This document shows, in pieces, positions 22,025-32,457 of a DNA stretch of 46,207 nucleotides (its first letter is position 1; every line of letters starts with the position of its first letter). A model generated the notes under the pieces. The model made no database searches. It worked only from the letters and a program-made list of their open reading frames with translations, and was not told the origin of the DNA. The position numbers were made by a program, and so were the translations under genes. Origin of the DNA: Methylobacter sp. Lineage in GTDB: Bacteria; Pseudomonadota; Gammaproteobacteria; Methylococcales; Methylomonadaceae. The stretch is taken from contig JBAZTN010000001.1 in NCBI GenBank assembly GCA_041661895.1, positions 1-46,207 on the forward strand, given 5' to 3'.

Positions 22025-22648
22025 TTATTCTTCTTTTAAATCATCACGCAGGGTTTTATACAATTGTTGCAACAAGTCTTCTGCGCCTTCCTCAGAGGCC
22101 TTATGTGCTCCATTTTTACCCGCGCTGCTTTGTTCAGTCGCATTAGCTATCGTCGCGGTTATTTCTGTTTCAGCGCCGTCTTCTTTGACAGTTAACAGAT
22201 AAATCGCCCCGTTCTGCTCGTCATTCTGTTTTTCAAAAAAACCGGTCATATTCCCAAAGAAAGCGCCTGGATTGTAGCTGACATAATAAAATCCTTTATC
22301 GCGCTCATGATCGGTTATTTTGATTTCGCTTTGTTTCAATGCCAAATCCAGTGTATACCACGCATCATCGATAGGCTGCTTTATTCTAAGTTTTGCTGGC
22401 GTCGACTCAGTTATATAAACATCATCGCCCAAGCCTGATTTATATTTTTTCCTTGGAATCACACTATCGTCAATCTGAGGCGATTCCCCAGCTTTCCTAT
22501 CGACCGCTACAGTGGGCGGACGCTCCAACATTTCAGTATCCCGATAACGACCGTCTTCCGCCGTACTGCAGGAAATCAACAACGTAACAAGCAATAAACC
22601 GAGACTAAAAATTTTAGCCATGCCATGCATATTAATCACTCTATTCAC
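22025..22648 (-). CDS. Outer-membrane lipoprotein, BamC/NlpB-like (short); true start may be ATG 22630 or 22621
   Basis: Lipobox LLISC; AWYTLDLALKQSEIKITDHERDKGFYYVSY resembles the helix-grip segment of the BamC/NlpB family. Confidence 0.65.
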   Translation of the reverse strand: MNRVINMHGMAKIFSLGLLLVTLLISCSTAEDGRYRDTEMLERPPTVAVDRKAGESPQIDDSVIPRKKYKSGLGDDVYITESTPAKLRIKQPIDDAWYTLDLALKQSEIKITDHERDKGFYYVSYNPGAFFGNMTGFFEKQNDEQNGAIYLLTVKEDGAETEITATIANATEQSSAGKNGAHKASEEGAEDLLQQLYKTLRDDLKEE

Positions 22649-23456
22649 AAAATCGACGATGATTTAAAACCGGAAATGCACCACGCACTTTTTCCAGACG
22701 ATCAAGATTTATTTCGGCAGATACAAAACCTCCGCCAGTCTTATAACAATCCAGCACCACACCCCACGGATCGACAATCATGCTATGCCCAAAAGTTTTA
22801 CGACCATTTACATGAAAACCGCCCTGATTAGGTGCAATCACATAGCACAGGTTTTCCACGGCACGCGCACGAAGTAACAATTCCCAGTGAACGGCGCCTG
22901 TTTCTGCGGTGAAAGCAGAAGGGATCACAACTATTTCTACGCCCATCATGCTCATTTTGCGAAAAAACTCAGGAAACCGCAGATCGTAACAAACTGCGAT
23001 ACCCAGCTTACCAAAAGGCGTGTCAATAACCAGAGGTTCAGCGCCCGCTTCAATTGAATCTGATTCCCGATAAACTTCACTCGTCCCCGGAACATTGACA
23101 TCAAACAGATGCATCTTATCGTAACGCGCAACCCGCTCGCCTTTGTCGTTATAAACAAGGCAAGCTGCCCGGACTTTATTGCTATCGTTGCCCACAATTG
23201 GAATGGTGCCACCGACCACCCAGACAGAATATTTTTTAGCAACTGTGGCCAAAAAGTCCTGGATCGGTCCCGAACCATCGACCTCTCTTACTTTAATCTT
23301 ATCTAGCTCATGCTCTCCCATCAGGGCAAAATTTTCCGGTAGAGCTACCAGTTTTGATCCCGCCGCGGCTGCTTCAGCTATAAGCTTTTCGGCTACTAAC
23401 AAGTTAGCGCTTACGTTAGGACTTGATGCCATTTGTATGGCCGCACATCTATTCAT
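22641..23456 (-). CDS. Carbon-nitrogen hydrolase (Nit1 / deaminated glutathione amidase-like)
   Basis: LPENF, YDKMHLFD, CYDLRFPE (E-K-C triad); ATG 23456 with SD AGGAG. Confidence 0.93.
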   Translation of the reverse strand: MNRCAAIQMASSPNVSANLLVAEKLIAEAAAAGSKLVALPENFALMGEHELDKIKVREVDGSGPIQDFLATVAKKYSVWVVGGTIPIVGNDSNKVRAACLVYNDKGERVARYDKMHLFDVNVPGTSEVYRESDSIEAGAEPLVIDTPFGKLGIAVCYDLRFPEFFRKMSMMGVEIVVIPSAFTAETGAVHWELLLRARAVENLCYVIAPNQGGFHVNGRKTFGHSMIVDPWGVVLDCYKTGGGFVSAEINLDRLEKVRGAFPVLNHRRFCE

Positions 23457-23467
23457 GTTATCTCTCC

Positions 23468-26400
23468 TTATTGTTCTTCTTGTTGCTGTAGCCATGGAAA
23501 GCTGGTAATGCCATTCCAGGTTTTCTGCAGCACTCCATCGTTCTTATGCATCGGAATAATTTCCGCATTTCCCCACGCACCCTTCACCAGATACTGAGAT
23601 CCAAAGAAAAACCCTTCCTGGTTTTTACCCGTCAAAGACCGTCCAATCAAAGCGGCCACTTTACCCATAATTGTACCAGCAATAGGCACGGCATCGGCAC
23701 TTTTAGGCGTCACATCAACAATGTGATCAACGGTTTGGTTAACGAGATCAGTATCTCCATTGATGGCGATTTTTGCAGGAATAGCATCAACTACTAAATC
23801 ATGGGTTGATGCTATTCCATTTAATAAATCAAAATGCCCTTTAATGGTGTTAAAGGTCAAGCCTTCCTTATACACATCACTAAAATCAAGCTGAGCCCGT
23901 TTTATCCACTGAGCCAACGCCAGCATTCCCAGCACCCTGCCGAATCCGGGTTCTATGCTTAAAATACGTCCATTGCTAAGATTAACTTCCACTTGACCTT
24001 TCAAAGCCGCTAACGAAAACTGATACGGCGCCGCATCCCAGTTAACCGCAAAATCAATAACCGCAGTGGTTTCAGTCATATCTTTTGTAACTCCCAACTG
24101 CTTAAGTAGCTCACCGGTTCGAGCCAATTCCAGACGGCCTTCCGTATGCGTTTTAGATTGCTCGCCCCCGGCTTTCCAGTCACCGCCTGTCAATGCAAGC
24201 TTAAGACCAGCTCCAGTCAGCGCTAAACTCTTAAAACCCATACCGCCCGGTATGCGCTCGGTTTCCAATGTCAACCGCCCCAGATCAACCGACTGCCACA
24301 GCGTTTTATGACTAATTACCTTGAACAAAGGCAGGAGCTCTGGTGAAAGCCCTGGCTCCAGCGCGTCGCCTTGAGACCTCGCATGCTTTAATGCGGAAAT
24401 ATCCAGTACCTCCATATCAAGGATGATTCTGTCAGAACCTGTAAAGTCACCTGGAACCTGAACTTTTCCCTTGGCGAATGAACTGCCAATATCGCCAACC
24501 CAAAAACTACCTTCTCTCTTTAATGTCAGATCAAACACACCTATCTTTGTGTTTTTCCACAGCGCATGATTACTATGAATCTTTATCTCGCTGATCCTGG
24601 CTCCGGTTCCATTATCCTTATCATGGGCAAGCGAAAAACCAGCCAAGTCTTGCAGAGCCAATTGGTCACGATTGATCTCCAGCTTTATTCCAGCTTCCTG
24701 GCTCTGAGTTACATCACCTGTACCGACAAGAATATGTCCTGAATAAATATTCTGTTGTTTTGTATTTAACTGCACCGCCGCTTTCAGTTTATCGTCGTAA
24801 TTTAATACCACCGGCAATACCAACTTATCCGCAAGACTAAACGTCATTGTCAAAGGTCTTTGCTGATCCTTGGTTTTGGCTAATTCCCCCGGCAAATCCA
24901 GAGCCATGCCCGCCAGCGTCGATTCCACAACGAGTTCCGGCAAACCATCATCATAAGGCAGCTTCAGCTTTAACCGATAATCTGTCTCTCCTTCAACCTT
25001 GTTCCACCAAGGGATTTTGAATTGCGACTTCAAATCGTTCACTCCGGCACGACCTGCTACATTGACAATGGTCTGGCTATCAGTGCTTTTGATATTAACT
25101 TGAATAGGGTTCCCTAAAGCGGCCGCATGAATAGTGTCACTATAAACACCTTGCTCATTAAACTTTAATTCGCCATCAATTCTGTTTACCACCAAATCAA
25201 GTGATTTCACTCTCAGCTTGGCATCTTTCAGCTGCGCCGTTCCATCTACCTTGGTTTGCACATTTTCATATAGAGGGATTTTAAGATCCAGCGTGACGCG
25301 GGTATTCCCTTCCGGGACAATGGTTTCCAGCAACGAATCCACAGGAGAACTCAGGGGTGTTTGCTGCATAAAGCCTAAAACCTGGCCGATTTCCCCTTCA
25401 GCCTCGCCCTTAATTAACACATGCTTACTTTCATTCAGTGATGGAATGGTAACTTCTGCTTGTTTAATAATTACCTTGTCAGATTGTCCTTGTTGAACAT
25501 TTACCTTCAGACTGTCCTGTAAAAATAAGACTTCAGCCTCCATACCGGTTATATGAGGCCATTGCGGATCGTATGCCAGCTCAAACTTATCTGCATTAAA
25601 TACAGCCTCAAAAACGCCTTGCCCAGCAGTAAATGGAAAATCGCTCAGATTACCGTAGACCAACAAGCCTCCGTTGGTCATGTGCCCACTAACAAAAGCA
25701 TGATCCAGCCAGGCAACAACTTCATCATCCATAATGCCAACCGGCAAAAAATGTGTGGCCTGGCTGGCATCATCGCCAAAAAATGAACTTTGCAGATCCA
25801 TAAAAACAGGATCTTTCGTTTTTGGAATGTTTATGTTCAAGCGGCTTTTACTCTGGAATCCCAAGGAATCCAGCTCAACCATTTTACTGGACACCGTCCA
25901 ATTATTTTCTGCCTGCTGCCAGGAAATAACACCTTTAAGGCTGTTGACAGGCAGGGGGAAACGAAACAAATCTTGGGACGTTATTTGAGCATCTTTAGTT
26001 TCCAAGCGAACAACACCCTGCTTATCACTGCCTTTTATTTGCCCGCTCAAGTTCTCTATTCCAGGAATTTCAGACATCGGAGCAACACTGATTTTGGCGA
26101 ATCTGCCGTTTACTGCAACAGATTTTGTATCCAGATCGGCAAACAGCGAGAATTTTTCTAACGATCCTTTGAGTCCGGCTTGCGCCAGCAAATTCAACTG
26201 TTCTTTTGGTAGTGGAGCAAAAAACTGCACTATTGCTGATGCTTCCTGCAAGTCCACAGACTCGACAGACAGCGCTATCTTATGCAATGCATTATCTTCC
26301 CTGCGCTGGCCGGCAACGCTAAACACGGCAGATGGCCATTTCTTAGTTATGCCCTTTAGGGTAGTTGCGTCTATAGCATCGGTGGTTTCCAGCTCAAAGT

Positions 26401-27325
26401 CTTTTACATCCAGTCGCCACTGCTTATCATTCAGATCCCCATGAAATTGGGTTTTCAGCTGTTTAACGGGGAATTCGCTCTTATCCTGCCGGATAAGCTT
26501 CATCTGCTGAATTTGTGCTACACCACCCAGGGATACCAGTTGCGAATGCTGCCAATTACTCCAGACCTTGAGGTTACCCATGCCGGAACTGATATTCATA
26601 TCTAACGGCAAATCAACCGCTGCCAGTTCAGGCAAGTTTATATTTTCACCCTCGATATAAACGGTGCCTTGCGTAGATGTAGGCTCAAATGCATTGCCTT
26701 CAAAATCCATCGATACTCTTAATGAATCACCATATTTTTTCGGCAACTGGGTGAGCATATTAATGCGGTGACGCTCTCCATCATTAATGATCACCAGATC
26801 TACCGCATCGAATAATAGCGGCCGACCGTTGTTTTTTTCATCCTGCCAAATGATTTCACTTTGCAAAACTTCATATTTTCCGCCCTGCAATAACCACTGC
26901 GGCTGCCCGTCACTGACTTTTAAACCAACAATAACAATGTTTCCATCCTGTTTACGCTTCACGGCAAGCTTAGCGCCAATCACCGTGACCCTCGACGAGG
27001 ACAACATATCCCTGCTTATCAGCATATCGAGCAAATTAATACTCAAACGTATTTCATTGAACTGAATTGCCGGTTTCTCATCAGCAACAATAGATGAAAT
27101 ATCAATATCCTTTACCACCAGCTGAGGAGTAAATCCACGCATATTTGTCCCTAATCGGCCTATTTTTACCGGTGTACCAATAAACCCGCTGATACTGGCA
27201 GCCAAATCGGATTTATAGTCCTCAACCTCAGACAGTAACAGGCGCACGCCGGTCAAGCCGATAGCTACCGCGATCAAAGACCAGAAAATGAGATGCCGCG
27301 TTGCACGCGTAATATGATGAATCAC
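23468..27325 (-). CDS. yhdP: YhdP, AsmA-like phospholipid transport protein
   Basis: 1285 aa, N-terminal TM anchor, beta-rich, RAQLDFSDVYKEG, YLVKGAW; rng-yhdP-nit-tldD synteny. Confidence 0.93.
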   Translation of the reverse strand: MIHHITRATRHLIFWSLIAVAIGLTGVRLLLSEVEDYKSDLAASISGFIGTPVKIGRLGTNMRGFTPQLVVKDIDISSIVADEKPAIQFNEIRLSINLLDMLISRDMLSSSRVTVIGAKLAVKRKQDGNIVIVGLKVSDGQPQWLLQGGKYEVLQSEIIWQDEKNNGRPLLFDAVDLVIINDGERHRINMLTQLPKKYGDSLRVSMDFEGNAFEPTSTQGTVYIEGENINLPELAAVDLPLDMNISSGMGNLKVWSNWQHSQLVSLGGVAQIQQMKLIRQDKSEFPVKQLKTQFHGDLNDKQWRLDVKDFELETTDAIDATTLKGITKKWPSAVFSVAGQRREDNALHKIALSVESVDLQEASAIVQFFAPLPKEQLNLLAQAGLKGSLEKFSLFADLDTKSVAVNGRFAKISVAPMSEIPGIENLSGQIKGSDKQGVVRLETKDAQITSQDLFRFPLPVNSLKGVISWQQAENNWTVSSKMVELDSLGFQSKSRLNINIPKTKDPVFMDLQSSFFGDDASQATHFLPVGIMDDEVVAWLDHAFVSGHMTNGGLLVYGNLSDFPFTAGQGVFEAVFNADKFELAYDPQWPHITGMEAEVLFLQDSLKVNVQQGQSDKVIIKQAEVTIPSLNESKHVLIKGEAEGEIGQVLGFMQQTPLSSPVDSLLETIVPEGNTRVTLDLKIPLYENVQTKVDGTAQLKDAKLRVKSLDLVVNRIDGELKFNEQGVYSDTIHAAALGNPIQVNIKSTDSQTIVNVAGRAGVNDLKSQFKIPWWNKVEGETDYRLKLKLPYDDGLPELVVESTLAGMALDLPGELAKTKDQQRPLTMTFSLADKLVLPVVLNYDDKLKAAVQLNTKQQNIYSGHILVGTGDVTQSQEAGIKLEINRDQLALQDLAGFSLAHDKDNGTGARISEIKIHSNHALWKNTKIGVFDLTLKREGSFWVGDIGSSFAKGKVQVPGDFTGSDRIILDMEVLDISALKHARSQGDALEPGLSPELLPLFKVISHKTLWQSVDLGRLTLETERIPGGMGFKSLALTGAGLKLALTGGDWKAGGEQSKTHTEGRLELARTGELLKQLGVTKDMTETTAVIDFAVNWDAAPYQFSLAALKGQVEVNLSNGRILSIEPGFGRVLGMLALAQWIKRAQLDFSDVYKEGLTFNTIKGHFDLLNGIASTHDLVVDAIPAKIAINGDTDLVNQTVDHIVDVTPKSADAVPIAGTIMGKVAALIGRSLTGKNQEGFFFGSQYLVKGAWGNAEIIPMHKNDGVLQKTWNGITSFPWLQQQEEQ

Positions 27326-27483
27326 TAAAGAAGGTTAAAGCCTAAAGGTGCTAGGTTAAAAAATTGTAAATGTATTTCGTCTTTGCCATAAAGAAACAGA
27401 ACCACAGAAGACATGGAGATAGATGTTTTATATTTTCAATGCGTTGAAAACGTGGTGTTCACTGTAGTGAAAAGTATTTCGCC

Positions 27484-28938
27484 TTAAAGCAACACAACAT
27501 CATACTGTTCCTGATTATATTCCGACTCTGCCCTGAATTTGATCTGCACACCCAGAAAGGCCTCTAATTCAGCCAACATATCCGCTTCCTCATCGAGCAA
27601 CATCTCCACAACTTCATTGGATGCCAGAACCAGTAATTTCTGGACGTTGTACTGCCTGACTTCACGAATAATCTCCCGAAATATTTCCAGACACATCGAC
27701 TCCGCTGTTTTTAAAACCCCCCGTCCGCCACAGGCGCTGCAAGTTTCACAAAGTATATGCTCCAGGCTTTCCCTGGTTCTTTTGCGAGTCATCTCCACTA
27801 ACCCCAGCGCAGATACTTCAGTAATTTTGGTTTTCGCGTGATCTTTTTCCAAATTCCGCTCAAGCGCCTGTAAAACTTGCCTTTTATGGTCTTCACTTTG
27901 CATATCGATAAAATCGATAATAATGATGCCGCCCAGATTTCTCAATCTGAGCTGTCGGGAAATCGTCTGCGCTGCTTCAAGATTGGTTTTGAAAATAGTC
28001 TCTTCCAGATTGCGTCCGCCGACATAACCTCCGGTATTCACATCAATAGTGGTCATCGACTCGGTCTGGTCAAACACCAGATGTCCACCTGATTTCAAGC
28101 TGACTTTACGCTCCAGCGCTTTTTGAATTTCATCCTCAACACTGTATATATCAAAAACCGGACAAGCCCCTGTGTAATGCTCGATAAGAGGCACTATTTC
28201 AGGTACAAAAGTCTCCGCAAATTCAACCAATCGATGATAGGTTTCATTGGAATCCACACGAACTCTTTCAATACCTTCTTTATATAAGTCCCGCAAGGTT
28301 CTAATACTCAGAGGCAAATCCTTATGAATAAGCTGCTTGGACTTAGCAGTAGGAATCTTGGCTGATATAGACTCCCACAGTTTCAACAGAAAGGTCATAT
28401 CGGCAATCAATACAACTTCTTCCACACATTCCGCCGCCGTTCTCGCAATAAAGCCGCCACATTTACGCTCCAGCCTGAATGACTCCAGACAGGTTTTTAA
28501 CCGCGCCCGTTCTGCTTCGCATTCAATCCGCTGCGACACTCCGGAATTGTTCGAATAGGGCATATATACTTGAAATCGCGACGGTATCGATATTTCCGTG
28601 GTTAATCGCGCACCTTTGCTGCCTATAGGATCTTTGACTACCTGTACAATAATATGCTGACCTTCATGCAAATAATGTTCGATGTTTTCCGACCCTTTTT
28701 TTTCCAGATCCTTGGCGCATAAATCAGAAAGATGAAGAAATGCCGCCCTGGGCAAACCTACATCAACAAAAGCCGCCTGCATGCCGGGCAGAACCCTGCA
28801 TACTTCGCCTTTATAGATGTTACCCACCAGTCCTCTCTGCCGGCCTCTTTCAATGATTAATTCCTGCAGAACGCCATTTTCAATAACCGCAACACGAGTC
28901 TCAGGTGGAGTAACGTTGATTAAAATTTCTTCACTCAT
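27484..28938 (-). CDS. rng: Ribonuclease G
   Basis: GNIYKG, MQAAFVD, IDVNTG, RLRNLGGIIIIDFIDM. Confidence 0.97.
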   Translation of the reverse strand: MSEEILINVTPPETRVAVIENGVLQELIIERGRQRGLVGNIYKGEVCRVLPGMQAAFVDVGLPRAAFLHLSDLCAKDLEKKGSENIEHYLHEGQHIIVQVVKDPIGSKGARLTTEISIPSRFQVYMPYSNNSGVSQRIECEAERARLKTCLESFRLERKCGGFIARTAAECVEEVVLIADMTFLLKLWESISAKIPTAKSKQLIHKDLPLSIRTLRDLYKEGIERVRVDSNETYHRLVEFAETFVPEIVPLIEHYTGACPVFDIYSVEDEIQKALERKVSLKSGGHLVFDQTESMTTIDVNTGGYVGGRNLEETIFKTNLEAAQTISRQLRLRNLGGIIIIDFIDMQSEDHKRQVLQALERNLEKDHAKTKITEVSALGLVEMTRKRTRESLEHILCETCSACGGRGVLKTAESMCLEIFREIIREVRQYNVQKLLVLASNEVVEMLLDEEADMLAELEAFLGVQIKFRAESEYNQEQYDVVLL

Positions 28939-29509
28939 TGAAAAGTTCTATTCCTTGTTTGGATAATAGTTCCGCTGTTTCAAACAACGGCAAGCCGACT
29001 ACGCCGGAAAAGCTGCCTTTTATAGACTCCACAAATACGCCGGCTAATCCTTGAATGGCATAGCTACCGGCTTTATCGACCGGTTCGCCGCTTTGCCAAT
29101 AGACCAGTATTTCGTGTTCCGTCAATTGTCTGAAAGACACATCGGTAATACTTACTGCCTGACCATGCTCACGTCCTCTGAGCGAAATTGCACTATAAAC
29201 CTGATGGGTTTTACCGGACAACTGCCTCAACATAGTCAGCGCTTCATCTCGATCTTTGGGCTTGCCCATAATCAAATCGCCCAAAACAACGGCTGTATCT
29301 GCGGCTAAGACCGGTAATTCCGCACCCAGTTGCGCAACACAGGCCGCCGACTTCTCTGCAGCTAATCGCTGCACATAGTCCAGCGGCGCTTCACTGGGCC
29401 TGGGCGTCTCATCAAGATCAACCGGATTAACAGTATAAGTGACTTTAATTTGATCTAGCAGCTCCTTTCGACGGGGGGAGGCTGAAGCAAGAATAATCTG
29501 TACTGTCAT
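28931..29509 (-). CDS. maf: Maf-family nucleoside triphosphate pyrophosphatase (YhdE)
   Basis: ILASASPRRKELL, ADT, DKAGSYAIQG. Confidence 0.95.
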   Translation of the reverse strand: MTVQIILASASPRRKELLDQIKVTYTVNPVDLDETPRPSEAPLDYVQRLAAEKSAACVAQLGAELPVLAADTAVVLGDLIMGKPKDRDEALTMLRQLSGKTHQVYSAISLRGREHGQAVSITDVSFRQLTEHEILVYWQSGEPVDKAGSYAIQGLAGVFVESIKGSFSGVVGLPLFETAELLSKQGIELFNE

Positions 29510-29976
29510 TAGCGATGATATGGGTGATTATGAAGAATACTCCAGGCGCGATAAAGCTGTTCGGCCACAACTATCCGTACCAGCGGATGAGGAAACGTCA
29601 GTTTTGACAAACTCCAGGATTCACGCGCCATTTGTTTGGCGGAATCGGCTAGACCTTCCGGGCCGCCGATCAATAAAGAAACATTCTGCCCGCTTTCCAG
29701 CCAACGCTGCATTGCCTGTGCCAGATCTGGAGTTGTCCAGGGTTTTCCGGGGATATCCAAAGTAACAATATGTGTACCTTGCGGAATCGCCGCAATCATC
29801 CTATCGCCTTCCTCTTTTACAATTCTGGCAACATCACTGTTTTTAGTTCTTTTACCCGGCGCAATTTCTTTAAGCACCAGCTCACATTCACGGGGCAGAC
29901 GCTTGGCATATTCATCGTAACCTTGCTGCACCCAGCCTGGCATACGGTTTCCTACTGAGATCAGATTTATTTGCAT
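29509..29976 (-). CDS. rlmH: 23S rRNA pseudouridine-1915 N3-methyltransferase
   Basis: [30 protein letters not shown]; ATG 29976. Confidence 0.97.
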   Translation of the reverse strand: MQINLISVGNRMPGWVQQGYDEYAKRLPRECELVLKEIAPGKRTKNSDVARIVKEEGDRMIAAIPQGTHIVTLDIPGKPWTTPDLAQAMQRWLESGQNVSLLIGGPEGLADSAKQMARESWSLSKLTFPHPLVRIVVAEQLYRAWSILHNHPYHR

Positions 29977-30174
29977 GCGGTGCAGGATACAGAGAACAGG
30001 CCTCTGATGCAATGTGGCCTAATGCGCCTACTTTTGGTAGGCCTCGACAACACTGACCGAAACTAGTAATGAAATTGATGTTTCTAAGCGCGTATAAAAA
30101 TTAGAAATTTCCTGCTCGCTTATGTTGCTAGGTAAAAAATCAGTCAACTATGAAGAAGGTATTAAAATGACGCA

Positions 30175-30200
30175 TCGACTCTTTGTTAATAAAGAGTCGA
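30175..30200. terminator. Hairpin downstream of panD (possible terminator)
   Basis: TCGACTCTTT-GTTAAT-AAAGAGTCGA; no clear U-tract. Confidence 0.45.
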
Positions 30201-30252
30201 CGCTTGTTAAGAGTATTCGTAGTTTACAACCAAGAAGTCAGGCGAACTACAA

Positions 30253-30633
30253 TCAAGCGGCTTGGACGGGGATGGAACTGGCTGAACGCTGAACCTCGTT
30301 TTTTTCATTAAAATATATCAACGTAGGCTTGTGTTTTTCCGCTTCCTTTTGATCCAATATTGCAAATGTGCAAACAATAATCAGATCACCGGGACATGCC
30401 AGACGGGCAGCCGCGCCATTAACTGAAAACAATCCTGAGCCTGCTTCGGCACGAATGGCATAGGTCGTAAAACGTGCACCATTATTAACATTGTAAATCT
30501 GTATCTGCTCGTATTCTCTGATACCCGATAAATCGAGAATATTGCTGTCAATCGCACAAGAACCCTCATAACCCAATTCTGAATGGGTCACTGTGGCTCT
30601 ATGTAATTTCGCTTTAAGCATCGTGATTTGCAT
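30253..30633 (-). CDS. panD: Aspartate 1-decarboxylase
   Basis: [12 protein letters not shown] autocleavage site, [15 protein letters not shown]. Confidence 0.98.
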   Translation of the reverse strand: MQITMLKAKLHRATVTHSELGYEGSCAIDSNILDLSGIREYEQIQIYNVNNGARFTTYAIRAEAGSGLFSVNGAAARLACPGDLIIVCTFAILDQKEAEKHKPTLIYFNEKNEVQRSASSIPVQAA

Positions 30634-30737
30634 AATAAAAAACTATATAAATACCCTTGAGAACCGCGCATTATCCATTAATTATAATAATGCATCAACT
30701 TTTAGCATTTTCCAAACCATACAAAACCTGTTATGGC

Positions 30738-31580
30738 TCATATGGAAAAACAAATATTATCGATTAACCGAGTTTTGCCAAGCTTTGCCGCCGCCAACAA
30801 AACCAGTTCCGTATCATTTACTTCTGCTTTTTTTAAATCACTGCTACGGCACACACTAAAATAATCCGGCTGAAAACCAGCTTCCCGCAAAAACAGCAAA
30901 GCATGGCGCTCTATTTCCTCATAAGCCTGACTCCCAGCCAAAACAGTATCGCGAGCCGCACATAACGATCGATACAGCTTTGCAGCGACCGTTTTTTCCT
31001 CTGCGGTCAAATAGCCATTTCTTGAACTCATTGCCAAGCCGCTTGCCTCCCGAACCGTTTCTACACCGATTATTTCGACAGGAACATTGAGATCCCTGAC
31101 CATAGTCCGTATCACCGCCAACTGCTGAAAATCTTTTAGCCCAAATAAGGCAATATCCGGCTGCACCATGTTGAACAACTTGCAGACGATTGTGGCAACA
31201 CCGTCAAAATGACCTGGCCTTGACGCACTGCAATGCATTTCTGACAACCCGGCCACCGACACAACTGTTTTGGCATCCTGCGCATAAACCTCTGAAACAG
31301 CCGGTTGAAACAACAGGTCCGCACCGGCGGCACTGAGATTTTGCTGATCTTCACGTTCAGTACGTGGATAAGACTCAAAATCTTCCCCGACACCGAACTG
31401 GCTCGGATTTACAAAGATACTGACTACCACCCGATCTGCTTTTTTTCTGGCTTCATTCACCAGCTTTAGATGCCCCGCGTGCAGATTTCCCATAGTCGGT
31501 ACAAAAGCAACGCTTTCACCCTCTAACTGCCACGCTCTGACGGTGGCGCGTAATTCTGATACGGTGTTAACTATGTGCAT
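30738..31580 (-). CDS. panC: Pantoate-beta-alanine ligase
   Basis: VPTMGNLHAGH, RPGHFDGV, GLAMSSRN, RLIDN. Confidence 0.98.
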   Translation of the reverse strand: MHIVNTVSELRATVRAWQLEGESVAFVPTMGNLHAGHLKLVNEARKKADRVVVSIFVNPSQFGVGEDFESYPRTEREDQQNLSAAGADLLFQPAVSEVYAQDAKTVVSVAGLSEMHCSASRPGHFDGVATIVCKLFNMVQPDIALFGLKDFQQLAVIRTMVRDLNVPVEIIGVETVREASGLAMSSRNGYLTAEEKTVAAKLYRSLCAARDTVLAGSQAYEEIERHALLFLREAGFQPDYFSVCRSSDLKKAEVNDTELVLLAAAKLGKTRLIDNICFSI

Positions 31581-31583
31581 AAA

Positions 31584-32399
31584 TTAAAAGCTATGTTCAA
31601 GTGTTGGAAACTGCGACCGCTTGACAGCTTGGTGATAGGCTACGATAGCCTCTTCAATGCCTACTGCATCGCACATGAAATTTTTGGAAAAACGTGGCCG
31701 CTTAACTGTGCCAATATCGAGCATGTCATAAAGCACCAGCACCTGCCCATCACAATCTACGCCTGCGCCGATACCTATAACAGGAATCGTTAACTGGGAG
31801 CTGATTTCCTTAGCCAACGCGGCCGGAACACACTCCAATACCAGCAGCCCTGCTCCCGCTTGCTCCAGCTCATGCGCATCAGCGATCATTTTTTCTGCGT
31901 CCGCGCGCTCTTTCCCCTGAATTTTATAACTGCCTAATTGATTAATAGATTGCGGTAACAAACCCAAATGCCCACAAACTGGAACGCCCTGATCAACAAG
32001 AAAACTGACGATCTCAATCCTTGCGCCTTCCAGCTTAACCATTTGCGCCTCCCCATCCTGCAATAATCTGGCGGCATTTTGGGCGGCAATAACGGGCGTG
32101 ATATAACTCATAAACGGCAGATCAGCGATAATAAACGCCCGTTGCCTGGCTTTGCTGACGCACCGGGCATGGTAAACCATATCATTCATAGTAACCGGAA
32201 GGGTTGTACCATGTCCCTGAACAACCATCCCCAGAGAATCCCCCACCAGCATCACATCAATGCCCGTCTTATCGATTAATGCGCTAAAACTGGCATCGTA
32301 GGCGGTTAAGCAGGTGATTTTCTCGCCGCGCTGTTTCATGGCTGTCAGATCAGTAACTGACAACGGTTTTAGCATAGACGAGGAAGAATATTGATTCAT
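31584..32399 (-). CDS. panB: 3-methyl-2-oxobutanoate hydroxymethyltransferase
   Basis: LTAYD, LVGDSLGM, VKLEG, GHLGLLPQ; exact start uncertain. Confidence 0.97.
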   Translation of the reverse strand: MNQYSSSSMLKPLSVTDLTAMKQRGEKITCLTAYDASFSALIDKTGIDVMLVGDSLGMVVQGHGTTLPVTMNDMVYHARCVSKARQRAFIIADLPFMSYITPVIAAQNAARLLQDGEAQMVKLEGARIEIVSFLVDQGVPVCGHLGLLPQSINQLGSYKIQGKERADAEKMIADAHELEQAGAGLLVLECVPAALAKEISSQLTIPVIGIGAGVDCDGQVLVLYDMLDIGTVKRPRFSKNFMCDAVGIEEAIVAYHQAVKRSQFPTLEHSF

Positions 32400-32457
32400 T
32401 TTATTCACATGGATGTGCTGTAGCTGGTTTTTCAGGAGCGAAAACCAGTCAATCTAA
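32395..32457. repeat. Double-hairpin direct repeat, copy A (folK-panB junction)
   Basis: Shares TTATTCACATGGATGTG, GCTGGTTTT and GAGCGAAAACCAGTC with 32948-33012. Confidence 0.9.

Noticed and set aside
27401-27471. Possible decayed inverted repeat (ACCACAGAAGACATGGAG ... GTGTTCACTGTAGTG) between yhdP and rng
   Set aside because: Pairing too poor to call from this window alone
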